Source of the DNA: Scyliorhinus canicula
Taxonomy: Eukaryota
Assembly: GCF_902713615.1 (NCBI RefSeq)
Contig: NC_052159.1
Span: 77,414,520 to 77,478,519 of the forward strand
DNA: 64,000 bases
Direction: 5' to 3'
Positions 61,697 to 64,000 of the stretch are shown in pieces. A program made the position numbers and the translations under genes. The notes under the pieces were generated by a model. That model saw only the letters and a list, made by a program, of their open reading frames with translations, was not told the origin of the DNA and searched no databases. The stretch's first letter is position 1; the number at the start of each line of letters is the position of its first letter.

Positions 61697-62424
61697 GGCT
61701 TGTTTGAATGACTTTTCAACATCAATAATTAGTCGTGAGGGATTTTAGCCCAAAATATTCTGCAAGGAACGAAAATCAATACGAGAAGTAAACTAAAGGA
61801 ACGGCACTGAGATTTACATGGACATTTGCACAGATTACTATGAAAGAAAGCACTGTCAATGTTAAGTTCTGCCCTCTTTATGCATCACGGCTTTAGTATT
61901 TACCATTTTATCTTTACAGATTAATTCTTAGCTGGAAAGCTCTCCTGTGGAACCCTGAAGACATATTTAATCAAAATGCAAAAGTAGCAGACATTCTCAG
62001 TTTTTTGTTAGGTATGGGGATTCTTATAGAGTGCTCCGAAAGATTTTATCGATTGTGTACATTGGGTTTTCTGCAGAAGAAGCTGGAGAAATTGGTTTTG
62101 TAAATACTTTTCTATTCTTGTTGGGGATTGCATTAAAAAAGCAAAGCTAGTTCATAAACACTCTGTGAAGAGACCAACTACATGATAGTGACCATAAGGA
62201 CTCTGGTAGGAGCTCATATCTGATGTAGACAGTGCGCTCCTATTTAAATTTCAGGTGGATGAAACGATTCACCTCCTGATGCTATGAAAGCAATTCTAAC
62301 ATTGTTCTTACAGTACCAATACAGTATGCTGGCATGGGTACTTCATAATACCCAGTATATTTTCACAATAAAGGAAGGACAGCAACAGATAAGGTTCCAA
62401 CAAGCTTTGTGTGGAGTTCTTGTG

Positions 62425-62643
62425 AAGTTTGCACTTTCTGCCTGTGTCTGCGTGGATTTCCTCCGGGTGCTCTGGTTTCCTCCCAAGTCCAAAATCCAAA
62501 GATGTGCAGGTTAGGTGGATTGGCCATGGTAGTTCGGGTTACGGGAAGAGGATGGAGTGGGTTTAAGTAGGCTGCTCTTTCCAAAGGCCGGTGCAGACTT
62601 GATGGGCTGAATGGCCTCCTTCTGCACTGTAGAGTTTCTATGA
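62425..62643 (+). mobile_element. HE1-like V-SINE, 5'-truncated
   Basis: V-domain and tail gggctgaatggcctccttctgcactgtagagtttctatga. Confidence 0.82.
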
Positions 62644-64000
62644 AGCTCTAAAAGCTACAATATCCCTGTGTAGTAAGAAATACTAAGCTGTCTGCACATA
62701 CTGAGTTTGAGAGAAAAAATCTCACAAATAGATGCAGCAGCATGACTATTCCGTGATGTTGAATTTCAGTTCAATATTGAAGTGAAAAGTTGGGGAGGCG
62801 GTCAGGACGTCTTTGGATCATTGTGCTTCCATCCGGTGCTTTCACTATAGCACTAGTTTAAATAACCAAGTGGTGTCATTAGTTCTTACAACTCGAACCT
62901 GGGTCCCATTTAGCCGAAAGAGTTTCAATGCAAATCCCATCTTAATGACAGTCGTATAATACAGTTCCTGATATACCTTAAGTTAGGGGGAGCAGCAGTT
63001 GGTCAGTGTGCGAAACAGGTTAGCACCAGGAATGCAGAGCTCTATCTGAGTCTAGCTGAAATAGAAGCAAAACTTGCCTCATGGTCTTTCCCATGAAAAA
63101 CCATGGCACTTTTGCCATGGTTTGGTGAATAATTATCAAGGACCTGTCTTCAGGCAGAGAACGAAAGAATATCTAAAACTATGGCATGCAATTTGTCCAC
63201 CAAGTAAACAGATCATAGACAATAACTTTAGAACATCGATATTACATATAAAGGGTACAGTTATTGTAACTTTAAAAAATACAAATCAAAAATAGGTGAT
63301 CAGCTTCAGCCGCCAATAAAAAATAAGAAGTTAAACCAAATAAATCTTTTAAACTATCATCCTGGATTTATCATGAGCTGTGCAATTATTACTGCCAGTA
63401 AGCTTTACAACATTCTGAAGATATAAACGTTTTTTAAATGTACACAAATGATTAAACCTAGTTTCAGTAGAGTATTTTCTGTTTCAAAATGCATGTAATC
63501 ATGTTGCTGTTTGGGATTCTCATCTCTGTGAAAAGTTTTAATTCTCAGGAGCCGACAGGGAGATTCCCTCATCTTACAACTGTTAGCAGGAGATTCAAAC
63601 TTTCAGGCTACAGCTTTCCGTATGTATCCCTGCCCAGATTTTCCAGTAACTCTTGCATCACCTTCCCAGAGGAGTAAAGGTTGACCACTACTTAATCTGG
63701 CAGTGCTCTAGTAGATCAGGGTATTTCAAAGTCAGGATCACGACCCACTGGCGAGTCATGGGGGGGGGGGGTGTGGGGAGCGATTGGCCCCGCCGTTCCT
63801 GTGGTGGTCCCGATCGTGGGAGAAGTATGGAGCTACATTAGGCTGTGTGGAGTCTTTCAGCCAGAAACGGCAGCGGAGAACAGGTCATGTACCCTCCACG
63901 TAGAATCAACGTGAAGCACTGTCCAGGGGCATGATTTTGGCATCAAAGCAGGGAGTAGAATTGATTCCATTTTGCAGCTGCTGGCAAGCATGGCAAGGTA

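Overview
Vertebrate genomic DNA, almost certainly a cartilaginous fish (inferred from the HE1-like V-SINE, CR1 and GC-rich Harbinger repertoire; the species cannot be fixed from sequence alone). The whole window lies inside one teneurin gene on the minus strand, best matching TENM4. The first coding exon (61471-61759, ATG at 61696) and the second coding exon (51214-51483, missed by the ORF track) encode the start of the intracellular domain. The rest is intron: a ~10 kb intron between the two exons, then more than 51 kb of the next intron. These introns are densely filled with mobile DNA: an L1 5' half, many CR1, L2 and RTE fragments, at least five SINE head/tail combinations, three solo LTRs, Penelope-like terminal repeats, and a large PIF/Harbinger-like family. 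AT-rich unique blocks between the repeats are candidate enhancers. The most interesting signals are: (i) a hammerhead-ribozyme-like motif with a compensatory U3-A8 core in a Penelope-like fragment, sense to the TENM4 pre-mRNA; (ii) two divergent Harbinger elements that keep only a three-exon Myb/SANT gene and no transposase; (iii) a V-SINE that has swapped 3' tails, with one variant showing L1-type insertion hallmarks; (iv) an out-of-frame uORF overlapping the TENM4 start codon. Repeat boundaries are approximate unless a target-site duplication (TSD) is quoted.
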